NCBI GenBank assembly: GCA_043811375.1
Contig: JBDRNJ010000005.1
Span: 1 to 36,948, forward strand
Origin: a bacterium
GTDB lineage: Bacteria > Zixibacteria > MSB-5A5 > GN15 > FEB-12
Reading direction: 5' to 3'
DNA: 36,948 nt
This document shows, piece by piece, positions 25,493 through 34,525 of this stretch (positions are counted from its first letter, which is position 1; each line of letters opens with the position of its first letter). The notes under the pieces are model-generated. The model did not search any database, had not been told where the DNA came from, and saw only the letters and a program-made list of their open reading frames with translations. The position numbers and the translations under genes are program-made.

Positions 25493-27865
25493 ATGGGGCG
25501 TCGCTCGCTTTTCTCGATCTATCTCGCCATAACCTTAGCAATTGTCACCCACTCGGCGCCGCTGCCGGCGACTGCAGCAGAAGAATTCACCCCCGTATAT
25601 AAGCCCACGCTCCACATTCAGAGAGCACTGGGGGAAATCAAAATCGACGGTCGGCTGCATGATCCCGGCTGGCAGGGGACGGCGGTAGCCGACAATTTCG
25701 TCGAGAACGACCCCGGTGATCAGATCAAACCGCCGGTCGAAACCAGGGCGTATATGACCTACGATAATGATCACCTTTATGTCGCTATTGTCTGCTACGA
25801 CAACCCGGAAGATGTTCGAGCCTCACTATGTGAGCGCGACCGGCTCTATGGTGATGACAATGTCGGTTTCTTTTTCGATACTTACGGCGATGCTTCCTGG
25901 GCCTACACTCTGAACGTCAATCCATACGGCATCCAGGCAGATGCCCTCTGGTCGAGTGGTTTTGGTGAAGATGTGAAGTACGATTTGATCTGGGAATCGG
26001 CCGGTCAGATAACCGACTCCGGCTACCAGGTTGAACTGGCCATTCCGTTTTCAAGTCTTCACTTTCCCAATAAAGAGAAGCAGACCTGGAAGGTTGAGTT
26101 CTGGCGTCACCACTTCCGCGATGTTCATCACAGCATATCCTGGTGCGCTTACGATCGGGACGAACCGTGCTGGCCCTGCCAGTGGGGAACCGTCACCGGC
26201 ATCGAAAATGTCAAACCGGGCCGGGGTATCGAGATCATTCCGGCATTTACCGGCTTTCAGTCCGGGCAGTTGCAGGATATCTCCCGGGCTGAGGATGGTC
26301 TTCCTGATTCGCTGGCTTTTGTCAACGACAACCCTGATGGAGAGCTATCCGTCAACGCCAAGTACTCCATCAGTTCCAACGCCACCGTGGAGATGACGTT
26401 CAATCCGGACTTCAGCCAGGTCGAGGCCGACGCCGACCAGATAGACGTCAACACCACCACCGCTCTGTCATTCCCGGAGAAACGCCCCTTCTTTCAGGAA
26501 GGGAGTGATCTGTTCCGGACGCTCTACGAAGTGGTTTACACCAGGTCAATCAACGATCCGGATTTTGCCGTTAAGGCCACGGCCCGGCTCGGACGAACCA
26601 ACCTTGCCTATCTCGGAGCGCATGATGAGAACAGCCCGGTTGTAGTCCCTTTTGAGGAATTCAGCACTGATCCTTTGCCGGTCGGTAAGAGCATCTCCAA
26701 TATCTTCCGTGTCCGTCAATCATTTGGCGACAATTCACGGATTGGGTTTCTGGCAACCGATCGACGCTACGAGCAGGACGGCGCCGGCTCGGCGCTCAGC
26801 ATGGACGGGTACTTCCGCCTGTCACAGAATCTGAATCTCAACTGGCAGGCGATAGCCAGTCATACAGATGAACCGAATGATACGACTCTGACTGACGATG
26901 TTTACAGATATGAATATGATAACGATACCCTGGTCGTGAGCTCATCGAGCGAGTACCTCTTCGATGATAAACATACGGCGGCATTTGATGGTGAGTCGTT
27001 CTGGGGTCACGGGTATATCGGACTGCTCAACTACAACGCCCGCAATTTGTATCTGAGTGGGCGCTACTCAGAAATCAGCCCCACTTTCCGGCTGGATAAC
27101 GGTGATGAGACACAAAATGACCGGCGCCAGGCCAGCTTTATCGGCTCCTACGCATTCCGTCTGGAAAACGGGCTATTGAAAAGGGTCACTCCGGAGATAT
27201 TCATGGCCAGGCTCAGGGATACTGACGGTATTACCAGGAACGAATGGGTTTACTTCAACCTGTCCACTCAACTCAGAGAAGCTCAGGCCGAACTCCATTC
27301 GCAGTACTCCCGGAGATCTGAATACTATGCCGGCAAGCAGTTTGACGGGCTATGGGGCCTGCACCAATGTTTAGCCACCATCCCCTGTGAGATGATAGCA
27401 GTGGGCGGAAATGTCAACTATGGTCACCAGATCGCGCGCCAGGCCCGGGTGATCGGCAAAGAACTCTGTCTGGGTGGCTGGCTTGATCTCAAACCGATCG
27501 ATCGTGTCTTCATCGAAAACTGGATCACCTACATCCGCAGCCAGGACGCCGAAACCGATGAAGAGTTGTATGAGGGCTACATTGTCCGTTCGCGCCTGAA
27601 CATTCAATTCAGCCGGGAGCTGTCGTTTCGTTTCGTGACACAGTACAACGACTTTGGTGAAACCTGGGATTTCGATCCGCTCATAACATATCGCATCAAC
27701 CCCTTTACGATGTTCTACATCGGCACTACCTACGACTATGAGAAGAAATACGGGCTTAACCAGGCCAAAACGGCCTACGCTCCGGAGGGCAGGTACGGAT
27801 ATCGCGATGATCGCCTGACTTCCCGTCAGTTCTTTATGAAGTTGCAATACCTGGTGCAGTTGTGA
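25493..27865 (+). CDS. CBM9-like plus DUF5916 outer-membrane protein
   Basis: IKIDGRLHDPGW, NVNPYGIQAD, VELAIPFSSL, NPDFSQVEAD and PEKRPFFQEG motifs; C-terminal FFMKLQY. Confidence 0.85.
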   Translation: MGRRSLFSIYLAITLAIVTHSAPLPATAAEEFTPVYKPTLHIQRALGEIKIDGRLHDPGWQGTAVADNFVENDPGDQIKPPVETRAYMTYDNDHLYVAIVCYDNPEDVRASLCERDRLYGDDNVGFFFDTYGDASWAYTLNVNPYGIQADALWSSGFGEDVKYDLIWESAGQITDSGYQVELAIPFSSLHFPNKEKQTWKVEFWRHHFRDVHHSISWCAYDRDEPCWPCQWGTVTGIENVKPGRGIEIIPAFTGFQSGQLQDISRAEDGLPDSLAFVNDNPDGELSVNAKYSISSNATVEMTFNPDFSQVEADADQIDVNTTTALSFPEKRPFFQEGSDLFRTLYEVVYTRSINDPDFAVKATARLGRTNLAYLGAHDENSPVVVPFEEFSTDPLPVGKSISNIFRVRQSFGDNSRIGFLATDRRYEQDGAGSALSMDGYFRLSQNLNLNWQAIASHTDEPNDTTLTDDVYRYEYDNDTLVVSSSSEYLFDDKHTAAFDGESFWGHGYIGLLNYNARNLYLSGRYSEISPTFRLDNGDETQNDRRQASFIGSYAFRLENGLLKRVTPEIFMARLRDTDGITRNEWVYFNLSTQLREAQAELHSQYSRRSEYYAGKQFDGLWGLHQCLATIPCEMIAVGGNVNYGHQIARQARVIGKELCLGGWLDLKPIDRVFIENWITYIRSQDAETDEELYEGYIVRSRLNIQFSRELSFRFVTQYNDFGETWDFDPLITYRINPFTMFYIGTTYDYEKKYGLNQAKTAYAPEGRYGYRDDRLTSRQFFMKLQYLVQL

Positions 27866-27938
27866 GAAATCTGCCGTAGGCTTCGGGTTTCTTCTCGGAG
27901 GTGCCACACGTCACTGTCGAAACCACAGGGGTTCCGAC

Positions 27939-29048
27939 CTACAAAATATGCTCGGCGATCAACCGCGCCGCTCGCTGGGAGGCGCCGGTGCCGCCCAGAA
28001 GCTCACTCGTCCGGTCCAGATTGGCTTTCACTTGTGGCGCGTAATCCGATTCCTGAACAAATCTGGTCAACTCGGGAAGGATGTGTTTAGGGCAAACGCG
28101 GCTTTGAATCAACTCCGGCACCACCTTTTCACCCAGCACCAGGTTAACCAGAGCAATGGAGTCGAGTTTCACCAGGCGGCGGGCTATCTGGTAAGTGATA
28201 AAACCGGTCTTGTAGACGACAACCATTGGTCGTCCGATGATGGCCGTCTCCAGCGTGGCCGTGCCTGATGCTGTCAGAACCAGCGAACTGTCGTGGATGA
28301 TACGCCGGGAATCCTCGTACGAGACCCCTATGTCGCCGGATGAATACCTGTGCATCAGGGTATCATAATTAAAACGATTTTTGATCGCGGCTATAACTGT
28401 CCTGGTACCGTGAAGTTGGTTAAAACGGTGGGCCGTATCCAGCATCGGCGGCAACATGCGGGCAATCTCCTGCTTCCGTGACCCCGGCAAAAGGCACAAT
28501 GTGCCTTTTGGGGGCAGCGGCGAACCGATGTAGCTAGCGGGGATATCTTCCAGCAAGTAGTGACCTACAAACCGGGCATCAACACCGTGCCGTTGGTAGA
28601 ACTCAGGCTCAAAGGGAAGAATCACCAGCATCAGGTCGACCAGTTCCCTGATGTCGGCTATCCGGCCTTTCCCCCACGCCCACACCTGCGGCGAGATGTA
28701 ATAGATGATCGGGATACCCAGCGGCTTGATCTTTTTGGCCAGCCGTAGATTGAAACCGGGATAGTCCACCAGGATCACGGCCGCCGGACGACGGCGCCTG
28801 ATCTCTTCAGCGCATCGATTCAGGAGCCGGTGAAAGAACAATGCTCGCCGGGCAACTTCCCAGAAACCCAGGACCGCCAGCTCATCGCCATCGGCCAACT
28901 GCTCCTGCCCCAGACTCCGCAGCTTTTCCCCTCCCAGTCCACAGATATTCAGACCGGGCAGTATGTCGCTTAACTCGCCCACCAACCGGGCGGCGGCGTT
29001 GTCACCCGAGGGATCGCCGGCCGAGAGAAACAGTGATATTGATCCCAT
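27939..29048 (-). CDS. lpxB: Lipid-A-disaccharide synthase
   Basis: AGDPSGD, VDYPGFNL, YYISPQVWAW, LLPGSRKQE, SGTATLE and VPELIQ motifs. Confidence 0.96.
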   Translation of the reverse strand: MGSISLFLSAGDPSGDNAAARLVGELSDILPGLNICGLGGEKLRSLGQEQLADGDELAVLGFWEVARRALFFHRLLNRCAEEIRRRRPAAVILVDYPGFNLRLAKKIKPLGIPIIYYISPQVWAWGKGRIADIRELVDLMLVILPFEPEFYQRHGVDARFVGHYLLEDIPASYIGSPLPPKGTLCLLPGSRKQEIARMLPPMLDTAHRFNQLHGTRTVIAAIKNRFNYDTLMHRYSSGDIGVSYEDSRRIIHDSSLVLTASGTATLETAIIGRPMVVVYKTGFITYQIARRLVKLDSIALVNLVLGEKVVPELIQSRVCPKHILPELTRFVQESDYAPQVKANLDRTSELLGGTGASQRAARLIAEHIL

Positions 29049-30044
29049 TTAGGTTTTGTCTGAGTCGGTCATCCGCGCCAATGACTCCCGCCCGATCCGC
29101 TCCACCTCCAGCGCCACCCGTAACGCCTCGGTACCTTGTTCAAGAGTGACGGCCACCGGTATGTTATCAGCGACCGACCTCAGAAAAGTTTCCAGCTCCG
29201 TCTTCAGCATGTCCCGGCCGGAGTCCTCCTTCTTGATATACAATATGTCACGGCCTGATTTGCCGAGAGGAAAACGCATTCCCCCCGCCTCCTCGGTATC
29301 GTCCGCCAGACGGTAGATATCGGCTTGCCGACGGGCAAGATCGAGCGAGAAGTAGCCTGATTTCTGAAAAATGCGCAGTTTGCGCATCTCGTGCAGAGAG
29401 ATTCGGGAAGCGGTCAGATTGGCCACCGCGCCGTTCTTGAACGTCAGGCGGGCGTTGGCGATATCGGTTTGCTGCGAAATCACCGCTACCGCCGAAGCCT
29501 GGATATCAGTGATAGTCGAATCGATGAGTGACAATGCCAGATCAATGTCATGTATCATCAGGTCAAGGACCACGGCGACATCGGTGCCCCGGGGATTAAA
29601 TGCCGCCAGACGATGAGCTTCGATAAACGACGGCCGCACCTTCTGCTCTCGAACCGCCAGCACTGCCGGATTGAAGCGCTCAATATGCCCGACCGTTACT
29701 TTCACTTTCTTTCGCCGAGCCAGGTTCAGCAGATGCTGTGCTTCGTCAAGGGTAGCCGTCACCGGCTTTTCAATCAGACAATGAACGCCCCGTTCGATGA
29801 GAAAGGTCGCCACGTCGTAATGTGCTGTTGTCGGCACTACGATGGAGGCAACGTCCACAGCATCGGCCAGTTGCTCCAGCGATTCAAACGCAGTGATACC
29901 GTATTCACGGGCAAACCGGTCCGCCCGGGCCTGGTCGGTATCGTACAGGCCGACCAGGTCGGATTCCGGCAGATCGTTCAACCATTTCAGGTGGTGCTGA
30001 CCGAGATGGCCGACACCAACCACGGCTGTTTTGAGGGTTTTCAT
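29049..30044 (-). CDS. Gfo/Idh/MocA oxidoreductase (GnnA-like position)
   Basis: VGVGHLG, EKP, VGHIERFNPA, DLMIHDID and LTASRIS motifs. Confidence 0.9.
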   Translation of the reverse strand: MKTLKTAVVGVGHLGQHHLKWLNDLPESDLVGLYDTDQARADRFAREYGITAFESLEQLADAVDVASIVVPTTAHYDVATFLIERGVHCLIEKPVTATLDEAQHLLNLARRKKVKVTVGHIERFNPAVLAVREQKVRPSFIEAHRLAAFNPRGTDVAVVLDLMIHDIDLALSLIDSTITDIQASAVAVISQQTDIANARLTFKNGAVANLTASRISLHEMRKLRIFQKSGYFSLDLARRQADIYRLADDTEEAGGMRFPLGKSGRDILYIKKEDSGRDMLKTELETFLRSVADNIPVAVTLEQGTEALRVALEVERIGRESLARMTDSDKT

Positions 30045-30076
30045 AGCAGGCTGACAATCACTCTTTCAGTCTGCCG

Positions 30077-30211
30077 TCACTTCTTCTTTGGAGGTGACGG
30101 AATCTTGGGTGGTTTGCGTTCCGGTTTTGGTTTGGAAGGCTTCGGGTTGTGGCCACCCTTCTTAGTACTTCTCTTGACGAGAGTGACCTTCGAACAACGG
30201 GTTGAATGCAT
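30077..30211 (-). CDS. 44-aa Lys/Pro-rich peptide (not in the ORF track)
   Basis: Hand translation MHSTRCSKVTLVKRSTKKGGHNPKPSKPKPERKPPKIPSPPKKK*. GAAAGGT RBS; starts 15 nt after the upstream stop. Confidence 0.65.
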   Translation of the reverse strand: MHSTRCSKVTLVKRSTKKGGHNPKPSKPKPERKPPKIPSPPKKK

Positions 30212-30226
30212 GTTCTACCTTTCTGA

Positions 30227-30865
30227 TTACTTCTTGGGATTCTCCACAGCCTGAAAATCCGGGAACTCCAACATTATCTTGTTGCGGCTCCGTGCAAGGT
30301 ACAATGCTGGTGTATCGTAAAGCTTATCTCCGGTCGACTGTTGGTACACGGTGACATCGACCAGGAAGATTTCATCAGGCTCGCCGCAATCGGAGTAGGT
30401 ATCTATCTGACCGTAATATAACAAATCATATTCAAGATCTCTTACAAAGATTACGTTGGGCACCTCTTCGGAATTGAGAATGTGACTCCACGTATCGACA
30501 TTGCCATGTCGGTCGCAGACACCCAACCACTCGGCAAATCCATACAGGTACTGTTTTCTATCGGCGAAGGCCAGGAACAGACCGATCGGGATTGCCAGCA
30601 CCGTGGTTATCAGGATTTCCCAATAGTCCAAAACCGCCCGGGTACTGGTGAGATTGTCCAGAAACGTAAACTCCAAACGGAGAAACGGAATTAGCGTGAT
30701 AGGGTAATAGACTAGGTAGCAGACAAACCCTAACAGCAGCGACCCGAACAGATACCACCACAATTGATAGGGCTTGTGATCGGTCAACTTGTCTACCAGC
30801 AAGAAGGCAATCAGGCCCGGAAGAAAAAGAAGTATAAGTCGGAAAGTGAATTCGGATATTTCCAT
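30227..30865 (-). CDS. Membrane protein, DUF6338-like (3 TM plus a soluble beta domain)
   Basis: LLFLPG in TM1; DTWSHIL, YYGQIDTYSD, EIFLVDV and LYL..IMLEF motifs; GGAGGG RBS. Family name is from recall. Confidence 0.65.
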   Translation of the reverse strand: MEISEFTFRLILLFLPGLIAFLLVDKLTDHKPYQLWWYLFGSLLLGFVCYLVYYPITLIPFLRLEFTFLDNLTSTRAVLDYWEILITTVLAIPIGLFLAFADRKQYLYGFAEWLGVCDRHGNVDTWSHILNSEEVPNVIFVRDLEYDLLYYGQIDTYSDCGEPDEIFLVDVTVYQQSTGDKLYDTPALYLARSRNKIMLEFPDFQAVENPKK

Positions 30866-30905
30866 AATCGATCCCTCCCGTCAAAACCGCCGACATTCAT
30901 CCCAT

Positions 30906-31679
30906 CTACTTCACAATCCCGCGATTCGACGCGGCAATGAAATCCAGTATCATCTGCACTTCCGGGATCAATTCGACCTCGTCATTGATGCGCTCCAGTG
31001 CCTGGGTTGTGTTCAGGCCGCTGAAGAACAGGAGCTTGAAAGTCTTCTCCAACTCCCCCCTTACTTCTCGGCCAAACCCGCGCCGCCGCAGCCCGATAGA
31101 ATTCAACCCCGTAACTTTGAGCGGGTAACCACCCACCAGCGCAAAGGGGCAGACATCCTGCGGTACCCGAAAGCCGCCGCCTATCATCGAGTGCGCACCG
31201 ATCTTGACAAACTGGTGCACCGGCACGATGCCGCCGATGATGGCGTAGTCGCCTATCTCTATATGACCGGCCAGATTGACGGAGTTGGCCATAATGACCC
31301 CGTCGCCTATGATGCAATCGTGGGCCACGTGCGAGTAAGCCATCAGCAGGCAATCCCTGCCTACCGTGGTTGTCCCCAGGGCCTTGGTGCCCCGGTTGAC
31401 GGTAGCGTATTCACGCACTACAGTCCCGTCGCCGATCACCACCTGCGTTATCTCACCGGCAAATTTCAGGTCCTGCGGTACTGTCCCGATAACGGCGCCG
31501 TGATGCACCGCCACGTTTTTGCCCAGAGTCGCACCGCTGGCAATAAGTGCCGTTGACGCCACCCTGGTACCGCTGCCGATGGTGACGTTATCTTCGATAA
31601 TGGTGAACGGCCCGATCTCGACGTCGTCGGCCAGTTCTGCCTTTGGTGAAACGATGGCCGTGTCGTGTATGGTGCTCAT
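30906..31679 (-). CDS. lpxA: UDP-N-acetylglucosamine acyltransferase
   Basis: Hexapeptide repeats; PQDLKF, REYATVNRGT, HVAHDC, VHQF and GLNSIGLRRRGF motifs. Confidence 0.96.
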   Translation of the reverse strand: MSTIHDTAIVSPKAELADDVEIGPFTIIEDNVTIGSGTRVASTALIASGATLGKNVAVHHGAVIGTVPQDLKFAGEITQVVIGDGTVVREYATVNRGTKALGTTTVGRDCLLMAYSHVAHDCIIGDGVIMANSVNLAGHIEIGDYAIIGGIVPVHQFVKIGAHSMIGGGFRVPQDVCPFALVGGYPLKVTGLNSIGLRRRGFGREVRGELEKTFKLLFFSGLNTTQALERINDEVELIPEVQMILDFIAASNRGIVK

Positions 31680-33067
31680 CGGTCGATCACCATGGCCATG
31701 AAATCTGCCCCGGCCACCAGGTCGTCCTCGACGAATGCTTTGCCGGACATCTTGCAGGTGTTGCGACGGAAAGCGTGCATCTCCAGTTCAAAGCGCAACT
31801 GATCACCGGGCGACACCGGCTTGCGGAACCGGGCATTGTCGATAGCCATAAAATACACCACCTTGGATTCAGGATCAGGGATGGCGTTCAGCATCAGCAC
31901 GCCGCCCGCCTGAGCCATCGCTTCCAGAATCAGCACTCCCGGCATAATCGGGTGATCGGGAAAATGTCCCTGGAAGAACGGTTCATTGATGGTGACGTTC
32001 TTTAGCGCCACCACTCGTTTGCCCGGCTCCAGGTCAAGAATGCGATCAATCAACAGGAACGGATAGCGATGCGGCATGATCTTTAAGATCAGGCTGATAT
32101 CAAACGAGGTTCCACTGCCCTGGCGTGCATAACGACCGGCTATCTTCTTCTTTTTGTAAAGCTGGCTCATCTTGCGAGCCAGGGCTACGTTGGCTTTGTG
32201 GCCTGACCGGGCGGCCAGAACGTGACCCTTGAAGGGCACTCCGATTAACAGCAAATCACCCAGCAGATCGAGCGCTTTGTGGCGTACCGGCTCGTTGGGA
32301 AAACGAAGCGGTATATCGTTAACTATTCCCGTTTTGCCTACAAATACCTCCCCCTTGATATCCAGCGCTTTCTTAATGCGATCGACCTCCACCTGCCCCA
32401 GGTCGGAATCATAGATGACGATGGCGTTATCCAACCCGCCGCCTTTGATCAGACCTGCCCGGCGCAGCGCCTCCACCTCCGAGAGAAAACAAAACGTCCG
32501 CGCCGGCGCAAACTCCTCGACGAATTCTTTTTTCAGGTCAACCAGCGACGTGTACTGGGTTCCCAGGGCCGGATTTTTGTAGTCGATCATGAAAGTTATA
32601 CGAACGTCGTCGGAGGGAGTCACCACCAGGTCGACTGCTCGCTCCGGCTCGCTGTAGGCCATCGGGGTGTCGATCTCAAGATAGACCTTGTCGGCCGCCT
32701 GGTTTTCAATACCCGCCTCGAGCAGCTTGTCCACATACGGCCGAGCGGAGCCATCGCCGACCGGCGGCTCGTTGTTGTCCAGTTCCACGATCATATTGTC
32801 GATCTGCAGCCCGGCCAATGCTGCCAGCACATGCTCCACCGTGTACACCATGGCGTCGCCGTTCTGCAGGGTAGTGCCGCGCGAGATGTCGGCTACGTGA
32901 TCGATATCGGCAATGACGGCCGGCTTGTCCGGCAGGTCGGCCCGTACAAAACGGATACCGCTGTCGGGCGGGGCCGGTTTGAAGGTCATGGTGCAGTTGT
33001 TGCCGGTATGCAGACCGATGCCGGAGATCGAGATTTCCCGTTTGACTGTTCTTTGCTTATCGTACAC
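31676..33067 (-). CDS. lpxC-fabZ: Bifunctional LpxC/FabZ
   Basis: LpxC: GIGLHTG, TVEHVLAA, ARTF, HKALDLLGD. FabZ: PHRYPFLLID, GHFP..PIMPGVLILEAMAQ. Confidence 0.96.
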   Translation of the reverse strand: MYDKQRTVKREISISGIGLHTGNNCTMTFKPAPPDSGIRFVRADLPDKPAVIADIDHVADISRGTTLQNGDAMVYTVEHVLAALAGLQIDNMIVELDNNEPPVGDGSARPYVDKLLEAGIENQAADKVYLEIDTPMAYSEPERAVDLVVTPSDDVRITFMIDYKNPALGTQYTSLVDLKKEFVEEFAPARTFCFLSEVEALRRAGLIKGGGLDNAIVIYDSDLGQVEVDRIKKALDIKGEVFVGKTGIVNDIPLRFPNEPVRHKALDLLGDLLLIGVPFKGHVLAARSGHKANVALARKMSQLYKKKKIAGRYARQGSGTSFDISLILKIMPHRYPFLLIDRILDLEPGKRVVALKNVTINEPFFQGHFPDHPIMPGVLILEAMAQAGGVLMLNAIPDPESKVVYFMAIDNARFRKPVSPGDQLRFELEMHAFRRNTCKMSGKAFVEDDLVAGADFMAMVIDR

Positions 33068-33097
33068 TGATATCCCTCGATTTTAACGGCTGGTCGG

Positions 33098-33126
33098 ATT
33101 ATACACCCCGGAGGGCCGGCGCTCAA
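33098..33126 (-). promoter_or_regulatory. Sigma70-type promoter of the lipid A operon
   Basis: TTGAGC-17 nt-TATAAT on the minus strand. Confidence 0.6.
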
Positions 33127-33178
33127 GTGTTTTTTCAATCTTACCGCTGATACTCGCAGCAGGCGTGGCGGCAGTATC

Positions 33179-33207
33179 TTGACAGGCCAAATATCTCCGG
33201 CTATTGT
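33179..33207 (+). promoter_or_regulatory. Sigma70-type promoter of the nucleotidyltransferase-Smr pair
   Basis: TTGACA-17 nt-TATTGT. Confidence 0.55.
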
Positions 33208-33263
33208 GATACCATACCGCAGAGTCGGGTTCAGCATTTAAGCAAACCGGAGGAGCCACACTG

Positions 33264-34103
33264 GTGAGCAGACAATCGATCTACCGAGGGAAAAATCGTT
33301 ACCGGGAGTTTCTATCAGCGGCAAATATCATAGCCACCAAGATCGGACAGATCAAGGAAGTCGTGGGCATTTTGGCCACTGGCGGTATTGGCCGTGGTTT
33401 TTGCGACTACTACTCTGACCTTGACCTGATTGTCTACGCTGATGATGCCCATGTCCGCCGGATCGATCAATATATAGCCGTCGGCTACCTGCGATACAAG
33501 GGTATAGAACTCGACACACCCGTCGAATCATACCAGAAAGCTCTCGCAGCCAGGTCTCCTTCCCGGTTGTGGTCGCAAGTGGTACGATGGGATCGGCAGA
33601 ACTCCAGATTACTTCATGATACCGACAACAGGATAGCTGACCTGCTCACCGAGAAACTGGTATTCCCCGACAGTGAACAGCGACGGCTGCTGGCCCGGTA
33701 CCGTAAGGAAGTCGACGAACAGCTTAGCTATAACTTCCAGATGAGGGTAAAGCGGGGCCGTCGTCACCATATGGCAGCCTGTCTGATCCGAGCGATCCAG
33801 CATATCATTTTATGGATATATGCCAAAAATAAGCAGTTTCAACCCTATCTACCCAAGTGGCTGTTTTATCATCTGGACCATCAATCGGTTCCCGAGGCCA
33901 GATATCTGGACCGTCTGAAGAACGCCTATACCAATCCAGCAACGACAGTCACACAGGCGAAAAACGTGCATGCTGACCTGATGCGACTGTGTCACCAGAT
34001 CGGACTTAAGCATCATTTAAGCGATATTGAGATGCTTTTCAAGCAGCATGAACGTAACTGGGGAAAAGCCAACGAGCGCACCCGCCACTACTTGAGTTGG
34101 TAA
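33264..34103 (+). CDS. Pol-beta-superfamily nucleotidyltransferase with a helical C-terminal domain
   Basis: GGIGRGFCDYYSDLDL motif, a third Asp in ELD, and N..F.PY.PKWL; GGAGG RBS. Confidence 0.8.
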   Translation: MSRQSIYRGKNRYREFLSAANIIATKIGQIKEVVGILATGGIGRGFCDYYSDLDLIVYADDAHVRRIDQYIAVGYLRYKGIELDTPVESYQKALAARSPSRLWSQVVRWDRQNSRLLHDTDNRIADLLTEKLVFPDSEQRRLLARYRKEVDEQLSYNFQMRVKRGRRHHMAACLIRAIQHIILWIYAKNKQFQPYLPKWLFYHLDHQSVPEARYLDRLKNAYTNPATTVTQAKNVHADLMRLCHQIGLKHHLSDIEMLFKQHERNWGKANERTRHYLSW

Positions 34104-34120
34104 CGAAAACGAGGATCCAA

Positions 34121-34402
34121 ATGACTACCGAAAAAGATCAACCGATTGAGTACCCCATCGACGGCACACTTGATCTGCACCTGTTCGCTCCCGAGGAAAC
34201 CCGTGAGGCAGTCCTTGAATATCTGCGCGTCTGTCGGGAGAAGGGGATCACGGCGGTGCGTATCGTCCACGGCAAAGGGATCGGCGTCAAAAGACAGATC
34301 GTCCATAACCTTCTTGAGAGTCACCCCGATGTGGCGGGCTACCGGCACGAGGGTGGTTCCGGGGGCGGCTGGGGAGCGACTATAGTCGATCTCAAGCCAT
34401 GA
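34121..34402 (+). CDS. Standalone Smr/MutS2 domain protein
   Basis: LDLH, IVHGKGIG and GGWGATIV motifs; ATG 34121 after GAGGA. Confidence 0.92.
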   Translation: MTTEKDQPIEYPIDGTLDLHLFAPEETREAVLEYLRVCREKGITAVRIVHGKGIGVKRQIVHNLLESHPDVAGYRHEGGSGGGWGATIVDLKP

Positions 34403-34436
34403 CACCGGTGGCGCATTCACCGAACAGATAACAAGC

Positions 34437-34464
34437 GAAACCCCGCCGAATCCGGCGGGGTTTC
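34437..34464. terminator. Probably bidirectional intrinsic terminator
   Basis: GAAACCCCGCCG-AATC-CGGCGGGGTTTC between convergent genes. Confidence 0.8.
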
Positions 34465-34525
34465 TTTGCAGCTGTAAAACCCTCCATTACAGGAGGTGAG
34501 GTGACTCGTCTCCAACAGAGGAGAT

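Noticed and set aside
29550..33070. Plus-strand ORFs of 234-263 aa over the lpx genes
   Set aside because: Antisense shadows of conserved lipid A genes.
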